Of a stretch of 64,000 bases of DNA, positions 23,813 through 36,492 are shown piece after piece. The stretch lies in assembly GCF_964194155.1 (NCBI RefSeq), contig NC_135880.1:190030001-190094000 (forward strand), given 5' to 3'. The position numbers and the translations under genes were made by a program. The DNA comes from Cetorhinus maximus. Taxonomy: Eukaryota. The notes beneath the pieces are model-generated. The model saw only the letters and a list, made by a program, of their open reading frames with translations. It ran no database searches and was not told the DNA's origin. The first letter of the stretch is position 1; every line of letters begins with the position of its first letter.

Positions 23813-24726
23813 CCTGGATTTTCACTGAGTTGGGATGACTTGGGAACCCTTTAAAAATGATGGACGGTCCTGAGTCTGGGATTCCTGACTGCATCCCCGG
23901 GCAGTCTGAGTTTTGGGAGTGCCTTTAAAGGTTGTGGGATGGTTCATGTCAAAAATCATAGGCTCGGCTGAGAGTCCAGACAACCATTAAGCCTGTTGAA
24001 CACATGTCCCGGAGAAAATATTGTTTCATTGGCAGCTCAGGCTCTCTAACCTCTGCCATCAATTTCACAATGTTCATTTACTCAAGTTAAGTGGTTTTAA
24101 GGGTTTGTGGTTTTTGTTACTATACTTTAAAGGGTCTGGATGGTTAACACTTCTATTAGTTTGTAGTGAAATACATTTTTTTCAAGATAGTAGGTTATGA
24201 ATGAATTCCTTTTTATAAAGCTATTTTTTAACATATGCTACTGTCATTATAGGGCTCATTGGTTCTATACAGTCAATGGGCATGAAAGTTCCATAGCTTA
24301 GCATGGGTGCATGAGGGGCCATAGGGGCTGCGTACAAGGACAGAGCCTGGCATTGGGGAATGAGGGGGCTGCAGGGAGAGTCGGTGGGGGCAAGAGGTGG
24401 CATGGATAGGACGTGGGGAGTTTTTGGAGGGTGAGGGAGGGGAGGGGAGGACTAGAGGGTCTGTTTTTATTTTAACTGGGACAAGTCCTACAGAACTGAG
24501 GTGGGCCCTTTAAACGGCCCACCTCGACACTCGGCAGCCCCTGTGGCTGCCTCCAACTCTTCTCCTGGACTGGTTGACCTGACTCAAGCCCACATCAGCC
24601 CCCACTCCACCACCACACCCCACAACTCTCCCAGCAATGAAGATCCCATTTTCTTCTTAGGTGTGCGGGCTGAGATGGGAATTTCTGTGAATCTGCTACC
24701 TGCCTCGAGGATGAAAATCCAAACCA
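23813..24726. mobile_element. Non-autonomous DNA element (Harbinger-type ends)
   Basis: Inverted termini CTGGATTTTCA/TGAAAATCCAA. Confidence 0.55.
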
Positions 24727-24964
24727 ATGTGGCTATAAAGTGATTTGGCACATCATCAAAAGTACTGTACACATATAGGTTTTGTCTTTCATTAAACCTG
24801 CATGAAATAGGCAAAGTGACTGTAGTAATGGTGAAATTGGAGGCCCAAGGCTGATTTTCTAAGGATAGTTAATCACAGAGCAATCAACTGATGTTAAGAA
24901 AGTGGCTACAAAGAAATCACTACATTTACAAAACAATTCAACTCTGTAGCTAATAGAACCTTAC

Positions 24965-25102
24965 CATTCTGACTTCTGCGGCACTGACCCACAATATTAC
25001 CATAAATGGTATCTACCCCTTTTACGCTAATGACACTATCCACAAGATTTGTCGACCAGACATCTACCAGCAGCTCAGGAATAATGTAGATTGAACGTTG
25101 AT
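24965..25102 (-). CDS. Candidate internal exon of an unidentified gene
   Basis: tttcag acceptor, G|gtaagg donor, 138 bp, phase 1-1. Only one open frame (DQRSIYIIPELLVDVWSTNLVDSVISVKGVDTIYGNIVGQCRRSQNG). Lies in non-repetitive AT-rich DNA. Confidence 0.45.
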
Positions 25103-28019
25103 CTGAAATTTTCAGAGAAGAATAATACATGGTACAAAAATTGAGCACAGCCTTAACCAAGAATCCAATTATTTCCTTTCACCCAAAAGCTGTCATACAA
25201 ATTGTGTTGTAGACTGTGAATTTACAGCCTGTCCCTACAGGTTCCATACAATGTTGCATTATATTTGTACTAAATAAATGAGCAAATAGTATTTTTTTTT
25301 ACTCTAATTGTTTGAAATGTGAGAGAAACTGGCAAATTAAGTGGAAAAAGTATTTAATGGATAAGAAACTTCAACAGTGGAAAAAGTGTGACAGCAAAAT
25401 CCTGAGAGAAATAATTGCTAGATGCTCTTAATTCACATTTCTGTAAAGACCATTTATGGTAAAAGCCCTTTAAGCTGCCTCTCTGGGATTTCAGTGGATT
25501 TTGTTTTGCCAAAGTTACACTGGATGATTGGGAATCCTCCCCTTCAGAAAAATTTTAGTCCCACAGTGTGACAATCTTCTGCTAGATTTAAAACAGGATG
25601 GTGCAGGGTAGGGTGAACCTAGGATGGAGTACAGCTTTGTTACACCTTTCTCTATGCAATCTCTTAGTGACAAATCAGGATTTAATTCCCAGACTTTGCA
25701 AGAGTGATAAGATGGGTGATAGTGAATCAGCACCCTGCTTCACATCACTCCCAGTTTTTAGTTTCTTATATTTCTTTTGATAAGATTCTCAAGCCTCTGG
25801 TACATCCGCACAACATGTCATCAGAATTCTGGCTATTTTAGGACAGAATGAAAATTTAGACTACTATTTATATGCTGGTTTAAATGCAAAAGGGAATTTT
25901 GAGAAGTGTAACAGCATTGAATTTTGTGGTACTAACCTTAAAAGTGACTGTCCCCATTCCCCCACCACCACTTCCCCACTCCACCAACCCCCACCCCCCA
26001 ACCAGTCAGACTGACAGTTCTGAATTTTTAAAAAAGCCTATCTTTCAGGTCTGCAGGTCTGGCTGCTCAAGCTGGACAACGAGAACTCAATTTACAATGT
26101 CAAATCTGAGCCCCCCTAAATCCCCGGGCCCCAGTGTTTGGCACTGTGTGCATCCCCCTGTCCCAGGCCCTGAGTGGAGTTGGGTGATGTTACAAAGGTG
26201 GAAACAGATAGTCTTAATTATGATGGGGCTATGTGGTTGGCAGCTCATCTTGGGGTCTAGCGTAACACCAATGGTGTGAGCATTCTGGTTCAGCCTCACA
26301 TTTAAGGTGCTTTAGACTGGTAATTAAACTTGTGGCCCTCCTCTCTAACTTTTACAAATCTTCAATATCACCTACCTTATATCAGGAGGTAAAATGTGGA
26401 CACAACATTTTAACCGAAGCCTAAGCAAAACATTGTACAAGATAAAAATATCATGCCTTGTCTTATAACATTTGCTTTTGCCATTGTTTCAAGCCATTGG
26501 TCATAATCCTCTAGAGAATGCTGCAGCATAAACATCAGGTCTCTTGCTTTAGCTTTGATTATGTTCCTTGTAGTGTGTATGTAAATTTAGCATTAGATCT
26601 GCCCATGGGCATAACACTTCACTTGCTAATTCATCATTTGCCAAAGACAGTGCCCATTCCCTAACATATTAAGATCTGCTTGAAGCTGCTTAGCATCCTC
26701 TATAGTCCTAATACTTACACATACGTACACACGTACGTAGACCATTTCCCCAACACGTCATGACCATTATGTCATGTTTGAATGTAAGATTACAAAAGAG
26801 TATGAAGATTAGTCTCAGTTTTATTTGTATATTTTACTGTATTTAAATTTCAAGTTACTGTCATTTACTTCATTTTAGCTACTCAATAATAAGAGCCTTT
26901 GAAAATTAGCTTAAATGTCATTTTGGATTATTGTTGTGCATTGCAATTTCCTGAGAATGTTTGCATCCCTTAAAGTATTTGGTAGAAGTGTTCAAAATAA
27001 TGAGGGTCCTAGACAGAGTAGATAGAGAGAAACTGCTGACATTAGCAGAAGTGTCGACAATTAGACAGCACAGATCTAAGGCGATTGCCAGAAGAACCAA
27101 CTGCATCATGAGGAAAACCTCTTTTATACTGTGAGTGGTTAGGATCTGAATGCACTGCCTGAGAGTGTGGTCGAGGCAGGTTCAATTTGGCTTTCAAAAG
27201 TGAATTGATAAAGTAAGCCAAACTACTTAAAGTACCCACCATAATGCATAATGCAATTAAAGTACTCGGTAGGACCAATACTCTTTAAAGTACCCGCACC
27301 ATCATCCGCACCATGTAAGTGAACCAGCATCATAAAGTGCTCCGCATGATCTGTACCACTTAAGGAATCTGATCCAAGAACTATTCAGCCACATCCACTG
27401 CAATGAAATTACTATATCATTAATGTATGTGGCATCATTGGCATCACTTAAATCACACACTATCCACATCTTTTAATGTTCCCTGCAAGATCCACATCAT
27501 TTAACGTAGTTGGCAAAATCTGAATCACTTCAAGCACTCAGCAAAACATCTGTATTGTTTACTCCATATGAAGCACATAACTGAAAGTATGCAGTGTGAA
27601 CTGCATCATTTAAAGTATGTGACAACGTCTGCATCACTTAAAGTACTCGGTAAACCACGTCAATTTGAGCACTCGGCATCATCTACGGTGCTTAAAGTAC
27701 TTGGCAGCAGCTGGCTCACTTAAAGTATTTGGTATTATTTACATCATTTAAAGCTTTTGACACAATCCCATCATTTAAAGAATTTGGTATCATCTACATG
27801 ACTTAAAACACTCATCAATATCAGCATCACTTAAAGTTCTCAGTATGAATAATATCACTCACAGGACTCGGCATGAACCACATCACTGACAGTATTCAGT
27901 GTGAAAGTCATTACCTGAACTATTCACTTTGCCTCACTTGAAGTATTTGACAACATATTCATCACTTACAGAACTCGGTGTGAACCTCACTAATTAATGC
28001 TCTCAGTATCAATCCATAT

Positions 28020-30760
28020 CATAGAATCATCGAATGGTTATAGCACAGAAAGAGGCCATTCAGCCTATCATGTCTGTGCCGGCTCTCTGCAAGAGCAACT
28101 CAGCTAGTCTCTTTTCCCCATAACCCTGCAATTTATTTTCTCTTCAGGTGTTCATCCAATTCCCTTTTGAAAGCCAAATTGAACCTGCCTCGACCACACT
28201 CTCAGGCAGTGCATTCAGATCCTAACCACTCGCTGTGTAAAAGAGGTTTTCCTCATGATGTAGTTAGTTCTTCTGGCAATCACCTTAGATCTGTGCTGTC
28301 TAATTGTCGACCCTTCTGCTAATGTCAGCAGTTTCTTTCTATCTACTCTGTCTAGGACCCTCATGATTTTGAACACTTCTATCAAATCTTCTCTCAACCT
28401 TCATTTCTTGAAGGAGAACAACCCCATCTTCTCCAATCTATATATTTAACTGAGGTCGCTCACCCCTGGAACTCTCGTAAATCTTTTCTGCATCCTCTCT
28501 AAAACTTTCAGATCTTTCCTAAAGTCTGGTACCCAGAATTGGACACAATACCCCCGTTCAGGCCAAGACAGTATTTATAAAGATTCAGCATAATTTCCTT
28601 ACTTTTGTACCTTGTGCCTCTATTTATAAAGCACAGGACCCTGTACACCTTTTTAACCACTGTCTCAGCCTGCTCTGATACCTTTAACAAGTCGTGCACA
28701 TAAACCCCCAGGTTTTTTTGTTTCTGCACCCTCTTTAGAATTGTATCCTTTATTTTATATCATCTGTCTTCATTCTTCCTACGAAAATGTATCACTTCAC
28801 ACTTTGCATTCGGTTTCACCTGCCGCTTGTCCACCCATTCCACCAGTCTGCCTGTGTCCTCCTGAAATCAATCATTATCCTCCTCATAAACAACCATTAA
28901 CTACTATTGTTTCCTGGCACTCAGCCAACTTTGTATCCATGCTGCCACATTCCCTCTTATTCCATGGGCTTCAACTTTGCAGGCAAGTCTATTATGTGGC
29001 ATTTATCAAACACTTTTTGAAAGTCAATATACATCATGTCAATGGCATTACACTCATCAACTCTGTTAAATCATCAAAAAGCTCAATCAAGTTAGTTAAC
29101 TATAATTTGCCTTGAACAAATCAATGCTAGCTTTCCTTAATTAATCCACACTTGTCCAAGTGATTGTTATTTTGTTGCAGTTTATTGTTTCCAAAATCTC
29201 ACCTATGATTGAGGCTATGAAACTAATTGTAGTTATTGGGTTATTTTTAAACCCTTTTTGAACAAGGATAGAAATATTTATGATTCTCCGGTCCACTGGC
29301 ACCACCCCATATCTCAGGAGGACTGGAAGATTATGGCCAGTACCTCCGCAATTTCCACCCTTACCTCTCTCAGTACCCACAGATGCATCCAAACCACCCT
29401 AGTGCCTTATCAATTTTTAGTACAGCCAGCCTTTCTAATACCTCTTCTTTAAAATTTTTTTTTAGCCTACTCAATACCTCAACTAGCTCCTCAGAATCAC
29501 TGAACCACAGAATTGTTACAGTGCAGAAGGGGGCCATTCAGCCCATCATGCCTGCACTGGCCTTCCAAATGAGCAACCAACCTAGTGCCACTCTCCCACC
29601 TTCTCCCTATAACCCTGCACATTCCTCCTCTTCAAATAACAGGCCTAGTTCCCTTTTGAATGCCTTGGTTGAACCTGCCTCCACCTCTCAGGCAGTGTGT
29701 TCTAGACTTTAACCACTTGCCACATGAGAAAGTTTTTCCTCATCGCTTTTGCTTCTTTTGCCGATTATTTTAAGTCTGTGCCCTTTTGTTTTTGATCCTT
29801 TCATGAGTGGGAATAGTTTCTCCCTACTTACACTGTCCCGACCCCTCATGATTTTGAATACTTCTATCAAATCTTCTCTTAGCCCTCTCTCCTCCAAGGA
29901 AAACAGTCTTAACTTCTCCAGTCTATCTTCATACCTGAAGTTCCTCAAGACTGGAACCATTCTCATGAATCTTTTCTGCACTTTCTCCAATGCCTTCACA
30001 TCCTTCCTGAAGTGTAGTGCCCAGAACTGGAGACAATACTCCAGCTGAGGCTGAACCGGTGTCCTATAAAAGTTCAACATAATCTCCTTGCTCTTGTACT
30101 CTATGCCCCTACTAATAAAGCCTCGAACATTGTATGCTTTATTAACCATGCTCTCAATCAATCCTGCCCTCTTCAATGATTTATGCAAATATACACCCAG
30201 GTCCCTCTGCTCCTGCACCCCTTTAGAGTTGCACCCCATATTTTATATTGTCTCTCCATGTTCTTTGTACCAAAATGAATCACTTCACAGTTCTTTGCAT
30301 GGAACTGCATCCGTTACTGTCTGCCCATTCCACTAATTTGTCTATGTCCTTTGAAGTTCTACACTATCCTCCTTACAGTTTACAATGCTTGCAAGTTGCA
30401 TTTCAGAGTTCCTCTATCATTAATGCTCTGGCAGCATTTTCTTCCTTGACAAAGACAGATGCATAGGATTTATTTAGTACCTGAGGATATTAGGAGCATG
30501 ATTAGACCATAGATCAGCCATGCCCTGTGCCTCCATGTGTAAATCCCCTGTTTGGTCCCTAATTGACCCCACCATCCTCTTACTCCCCTTTTACTATTTA
30601 TAAGCCTATATAGAAGACTTTTGGATGCTCTTTTCTGTCAGCTGCTAGTCTCTTCACATGCTCTTTCTTTGACTCTCTTATTTCCTTTTTCACTTCCCCC
30701 CTGAACTTTCCATATTCTGCCTGGTTCTCACTTGTATTATCACCCTGACATATGTCATAC
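28020..30760 (-). mobile_element. Nested CR1 LINE copies
   Basis: Two 3' ends (near 28020 and 29495). ORFs such as EQRDLGV...LEYCLQFWALHFRKDV...REDLIEVFKIM. Confidence 0.85.
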
Positions 30761-31199
30761 ATCAGTGAAAATACATGGTAAAATCTACACTCTTTAATGT
30801 CCTCAGCATTACATTCACATCTAAAGCACCCGGCATCATCAACATCATATAAAGTACTAGGCAGCATCTGCCTTGTTAAAACACTCAGCATTATCTGTGT
30901 CGCTTAGTATTTACCACAACAATTTAAATACTTATCAACATCCAAAACACTTACAGTGCTCAGCAACATCTGCAACACGTACAGTACTCAGTATTTAACT
31001 TTATCATACAAAGTACATGGCACCATTCACATCACCGAAAATACTCTCATCACCCACAATATTTAAAGTACCTAGCTCAATCTACAACATTTAAAATACT
31101 AATATCTGTCTCACTTAAAGTATGCAGTATGAACCATATTACTTAAAGTACTCTGTATGAACCTTGTTACTTAATGTACTTGCATCAATGTACTTGCTT

Positions 31200-31960
31200 A
31201 ACTTGCAGGTTGAGTCGGTAGTTAGGAAGGCAAATGCAATGTTGGCATTTATTTCGAGAGGACTAGAATATAAAAGCAGGGATGTGCTGCTGAGGCTTAA
31301 AAAGGCTCTGGTCAGACCACATTTAGAATAAAAACAGAATTACCTGGAAAAACTCAGCAGGTCTGGCAGCATCGGTGGAGAAGAAAATCTCTGTTTTTAA
31401 CTCACATTTAGAATATTGTGAGCAATTTTGAGCCCCGTATCTCAGGAAGGATGTGCTGGCCCTGGAGAGGGTCCAGAGGAGGTTCACGAGAATGATCCCA
31501 GGAATGAAAGGCTTAACATATGAGGAACGTTTGAGGACTCTGGGTCTATACTCGATGGAGTTTAGAAGGATGAGGGGGGACCTGATTGAAACTTACAGAA
31601 TACTGAAAGGCCTGGATAGAGTGGACGTGGGGAAGATGTTTCCATTAGTAGGAGAGACTAGGACCCGAGGGCACAGCCTCAGAGTAAAGGGAAGACCTTT
31701 TAGAACAGAGATGAGGAGAAACTTCTTTAGCCAGAGAGTGGTGAATCTATGGAATTCATTGCCACAGAAGGCTGTGGAGGCCAGGTCATTGAGTGTATTT
31801 AAGAGCGAGATAGATAGGTTCTTGATTGGTAAGGGGATCAAAGGTTACGGGGAGAAGGCGGGAGAATGGGGTTGAGAAACTTATCAGCCATGATTGAATG
31901 GCGGAGCAGACTCGATGGGCCGAATGGCGTAATTTCTGCTCCTATGTCTTATGGTCTTAT
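31200..31960 (+). mobile_element. Young CR1 LINE 3' fragment containing a 72-bp PLE-end insertion (31331-31402)
   Basis: LALERVQRRFTRMIPG...RRNFFSQRVVNLWNSLP; tail atgtcttatggtctt. The insertion is flanked by a 13-bp TSD CACATTTAGAATA. Confidence 0.9.
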
Positions 31961-34569
31961 CATCCACATCACCTAATGTGCTCAGCATCAACCACCTCAC
32001 TTAAAGTACTCAACTTGAAACTCATTACTTCACCTTCTCAACATAATTCACATCACTTAAAGTACTTGCATCATCCACATCACTTGGAATTACTTGCCAA
32101 CATCTGCAACACTTAAAGGTAGTTCATATGGTGTATGGGCCTCGCCCCTTTATCACCATAATCTGATCATCTGCAGTGATGTCACTGGTGCTTAATTTGT
32201 GATTTTTAGTCAAGGTTTGAGTGGTGACAACTTTGCTGATGAGGTCAGGATGTTAGTGCACAGGAACTGCTGAGAAACTGGCTGTTGATTTGCACCAGTA
32301 CCTCCCCCAGGATGAAGGACCCAAAGGTATCTAGCAGAAAGGTGAATTTGAAAGCGGAATTTCTTTTTCTCCAGTAGCCCATGTCAACCGGCCAGAGGCA
32401 CAGCTACACTTCAGGTCCATCTCCTGTTTATGGGTATAAGGTGCTTGATATCAGGCATGCTCTTGCACTGAGAGTGAGACCCACACTTTAATTACCCAGT
32501 GTACTAAATTCAGCAGCAGTTCAACCAGGACAGCCATAGTACACTTTGCTGAGTCTGTTTAGCACTAGGGGCTGAGGAGGCCTGTAGAATTAGCCCATCA
32601 TTGTTATTGAGCATAATGCATCGTTCATATTCTCTGTTGCCTGCCGCCTTTACGATTCCATTTTGCATCAGTAGACTATCACATCACATCACAATCATTT
32701 CTTAGCATTTATTTATTTAACCATTGTTAAAATGTTACCTTTCCAAAGGCATTTTAGCGAGGGAGGAGATTTTGCTAATCCTTCATCAACTCATTCCTCT
32801 TGAGGATTGGGCACTTGGGTAAGGTTTCAGAGAGCATGCCCTAACACCACCAGAGCAAGAACATGACATCTCTTTTCCAATGAAAAATTTCCAAAGTTCT
32901 TATCAGATCGAGCGCTAGAGCCCATCTTTGTGCTTTTAAATTATTTTAAACAATACATAGCAAGGATACTCCAACATTCTACACAGGGTACTCCATCATG
33001 TGTGTGGGCCTCCACACTTAGGGCAGAACCTGGAGGTGATAGAGGGGATCTTGGTCATTGGCTGGAGAGCCGGCCAGAGCCCCTTGTCACCTTTTTTAGG
33101 GATGCCCCCCCGCCCCGCCCCGCTTTGTGTTCCACTTAGGCACTTGACAGGCAAACAGGGGGCCTTCTCCTGGGATCATTGGTCTGGGAGTGAAAGTCCC
33201 ACCCACCGAGAGCTGCCAGCCATTCAGAGGCCAGCAGATCTGCTGAATTATATTGTTACTGGGGAGGAGGGGGCTCCTGCTAGTATATCACCCACCTGAG
33301 ACCTAAGGTCGTTGCTGGATCCCAGGCCAGAGATGGAGAGGGGATTGTGGGTTAAGGTTGGCAACAAGGGAAAGGGGCTGGTTCTCAGCGGGACCACCCC
33401 TCAGCCTGATGTTGGGTCTCTTAATCAGGCAGTAAGTTCCTTTGGATGAGTGTTTGCTTGTTATGCTCCCTGAATGGTGAACCCCTCCGCCTGCCACTGG
33501 GTTAATACCTGTGGTGCAGGAATGAAGCCCCTAAGTGGGCATTAATTGTCCACTTAAGGGCCTCAATTGGCGTTGGGGCAGGAAGGTTCACAGGCCTTCC
33601 CACCACAGAGTTAATCAGGGTGGAATGGGAAGGTGGAGGGATCCCCACCCACCACCCTCCCATAGAACCATAGAAAAGTTACAGCACAGGAAGAGGCCAT
33701 TCAGCCCATTGTGTCTGTGCTGACGGAAAATAAAAAAAACTGGAAAAAATAAAAAAAACACAGAAAAAATAAACAAAATGATTAAGCATGCCCGTCCCCC
33801 ACTCCAGCCAACAATGCACTACTGGGGGAAGGTGGGGGGTGGGTGGAGGGAGGGCACACAATTCCATCCTTAGCTATATAGCCTGCATTAAATGAAAAGA
33901 GAGCCAGTTTGTCCATGAAACATATTTGCACTATTTGTTGTTACAATGCAAGCTTAACAATATTCAGCACACTGGACCTAGATTGAACACCAGAATGGTT
34001 ACCATGGTGGATACAGCAGTATAAGAATAGCTTGTAAATAAAATCATAATAATTACTAAAACCATACAGGAACTTTGGCTACACGTACCACAGACAGTGT
34101 GTGATGTAGGAGTCACAACCAGGCAGTTATGACACAGGTGTTATGCCCTGACTGTAACTCTGAGCCATTAGCAGATCCTGGGACAGGGGAGGTACAAGCA
34201 GATGAAGAAATATGGTTACAAAGCGATTGTGACATCAAGAAAATTGGTGAAATCTTGAGTTAAGGGAAGTCCTGGAACTTGTGACATGGGAGTTGCCAGC
34301 ATACAGTTATACAGGGTTACCAACAAACAGTGTGGCACAGGAATTGACCAGAAAGTGTGACATGGGGGTCACCAGTCAGCTTTGAATCAAGAGTTACCTA
34401 ATTTGAAGCAGGAACCATCAACAGGTTCGGTTATTAACCTACCACCCACAGACTATGTGACACTGAAGTTACCAACAGACTTTGCAACACGGCAGCCGCA
34501 CTCTCCCTAATATCACCCCCACTATCTCTGTGACACCAGGTTTGCCAACATATCCCATGACCTGACAGG

Positions 34570-36492
34570 ATGTGCAGTAGGGGAGCCTCATCCCAGCTGC
34601 ACAGCACTGCCCTTAGCTCTGACTTGTGTAATCCAGGAATTCCTAGCATGATGTGCAATGGAAGAAGCTTTAGCAAGTCAGTTCCCTGCAGCCCCTGGGA
34701 TGCACAAGAAACCTCCACACAAAGTGACATAAGAATTTCCTGCTGGATGTGTGGGACTGAGATGTCTTGTAGTATCAAGGATGTGGATGCCGCCTGCAAG
34801 CTATGTGGAAAAGTGATTACTTGGAATACGCCCAACATGGGAGCTCTTTGCAGCATCTGTGATTTTGAAGCCACCTGTAAGAAATACTGTGCTAAATCCA
34901 GATGCAGATCTTATAATACAGGACTTAGCAGGCACGCTTCATGCACTAAAGCTACCGACAAACTGCGCAATGTGGGAGCCAACAGCAACATGATTTTTAA
35001 AAGCAAACCATATGACAGAGGACCTACCAGTAGACTCTATGACATGGGATATACCAACATGCCCCATGACACAAGATTGACCAGAAAGCCCTACAGCACA
35101 GAATATAACAGTGAAACCTGTAACAGGGGATTTACCAACAAACCCTATGGTATGGGGCTTGCCAATAAATCCAGTGACTCAGGATTCACCAGCAAACCCT
35201 ATGGCACAGGACTTACCACCAAACCCTACAGTATGGGATTTACCACCAAACCCTACAGCACGGGATTTACCACCAAACCCTACAGCACGGGATTTACCAC
35301 CGAACCCTACAGCACGGGATTTACCACCAAACCCTACAGCACGGGATTTACCACCAAACCCTACAGCACGGGATTTACCACCAAACCCTACAGCACGGGA
35401 TTTACCACCAAACCCTGTAGTACGGGATTTACCACCAAATCCTACAGCACGGGATTTACCACCAAACCCTGTGGCACGGGACTTACCACCAAATCCTACA
35501 GCACGGGATTTACCACCAATCCCTACAGCACGGGATTTACCACCAAATCCTACAGCACGGGATTTACCACCAAACCCTGTAGCATGGGACTTACCACCAA
35601 ATCCTACAGCACGGGATTTACCACCAAACCCTGTAGCACGGGACTTACCACCAAATCCTACAGCACGGGATTCACCACCAAACCCTACAGCACGGGATTT
35701 ACCACCAAACCCTGTAGCACAGGATTCACCACCAAACCCTACAGCACGGAATTCACCACCAAACCCTACAGCACGGGATTTACTACCAAACCCTGTAGTA
35801 CGGGATTTACCACCAAATCCTACAGCACGGGATTTACCACCAAACCCTACAGCACGGGATTTACCACCAAACCCTACAGCACGGGATTTACCACCAAACC
35901 CTACAGCACGGGATTTACCACCAAACCCTATAGCACGGGATTTACCACCAAACCCTGTAGCACGGGATTTACCACCAAACCCTACAGCACGGGATTTACC
36001 ACTAAAACGTGTGATATGGGATTTTCCGACAAACACTATGACACAGGATCTACCAGCCAATCCTATGGTATGGGGCCTCCCAGCAAACCCTACGACAAGG
36101 GAAATACCAGTAGTTTGTGCGACACAACAGCTACCAGTAGCACAGAATATATGCGTCTTCCAGCCAGACTCAACAACCTGAGACTCACCAGCAGCATTTA
36201 CAACCTCAGCAAACTTTGTGAGAGGAGATCCACCAACAGACTGTGTGACACAGGAATTACCTGTAGCCATTGTGACACAAAAGTTACTAGCAGAATGTGT
36301 AACCCAAGAAATGACAGCCACATCAGTAATACAAGCCTCACCAGCAGACCTTATGACACAACTGTCACCAGCGGCCTCTATGACACGGGACTTACCAGCA
36401 AACCTAATGACACAGGCCTTACCAGCAAACCTTACGATTCAGCAGTCAGAAGCAGACATTATAACACAGCAGATCTTATGACACGATTGTAA
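34570..36492 (+). CDS. 640-aa ORF built from 9-aa repeats (TTKPYSTGF core; TSRLCDTG-like degenerate flanks); coding status unproven
   Basis: Open for 1.9 kb, including the diverged flanks; no recognisable domain. Confidence 0.35.
   Translation: MCSRGASSQLHSTALSSDLCNPGIPSMMCNGRSFSKSVPCSPWDAQETSTQSDIRISCWMCGTEMSCSIKDVDAACKLCGKVITWNTPNMGALCSICDFEATCKKYCAKSRCRSYNTGLSRHASCTKATDKLRNVGANSNMIFKSKPYDRGPTSRLYDMGYTNMPHDTRLTRKPYSTEYNSETCNRGFTNKPYGMGLANKSSDSGFTSKPYGTGLTTKPYSMGFTTKPYSTGFTTKPYSTGFTTEPYSTGFTTKPYSTGFTTKPYSTGFTTKPYSTGFTTKPCSTGFTTKSYSTGFTTKPCGTGLTTKSYSTGFTTNPYSTGFTTKSYSTGFTTKPCSMGLTTKSYSTGFTTKPCSTGLTTKSYSTGFTTKPYSTGFTTKPCSTGFTTKPYSTEFTTKPYSTGFTTKPCSTGFTTKSYSTGFTTKPYSTGFTTKPYSTGFTTKPYSTGFTTKPYSTGFTTKPCSTGFTTKPYSTGFTTKTCDMGFSDKHYDTGSTSQSYGMGPPSKPYDKGNTSSLCDTTATSSTEYMRLPARLNNLRLTSSIYNLSKLCERRSTNRLCDTGITCSHCDTKVTSRMCNPRNDSHISNTSLTSRPYDTTVTSGLYDTGLTSKPNDTGLTSKPYDSAVRSRHYNTADLMTRL
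35215..36000. repeat. Homogeneous 27-bp tandem array (about 29 units, ACCACCAAACCCTACAGCACGGGATTT) within a degenerate 27-bp-period region (about 34100-38250)
   Basis: Units are directly visible; an accagca(g/a) motif keeps the period in both flanks. Confidence 0.95.

Larger units (their letters stand above)
27210..32120. repeat. Old degenerate ~28-bp minisatellite (CATCACTTAAAGTACTCGGCATCATCTG-like), split by CR1 insertions
   Basis: taaagt recurs with a 28-bp period (e.g. 27611, 27639). Blocks at 27210-28020, 30770-31200 and 31960-32120. Confidence 0.75.

Noticed and set aside
35111-36321. Overlapping 356-aa (+) and 380-aa (-) ORFs
   Set aside because: By-products of a stop-free 27-bp unit; they close sooner than the main frame.
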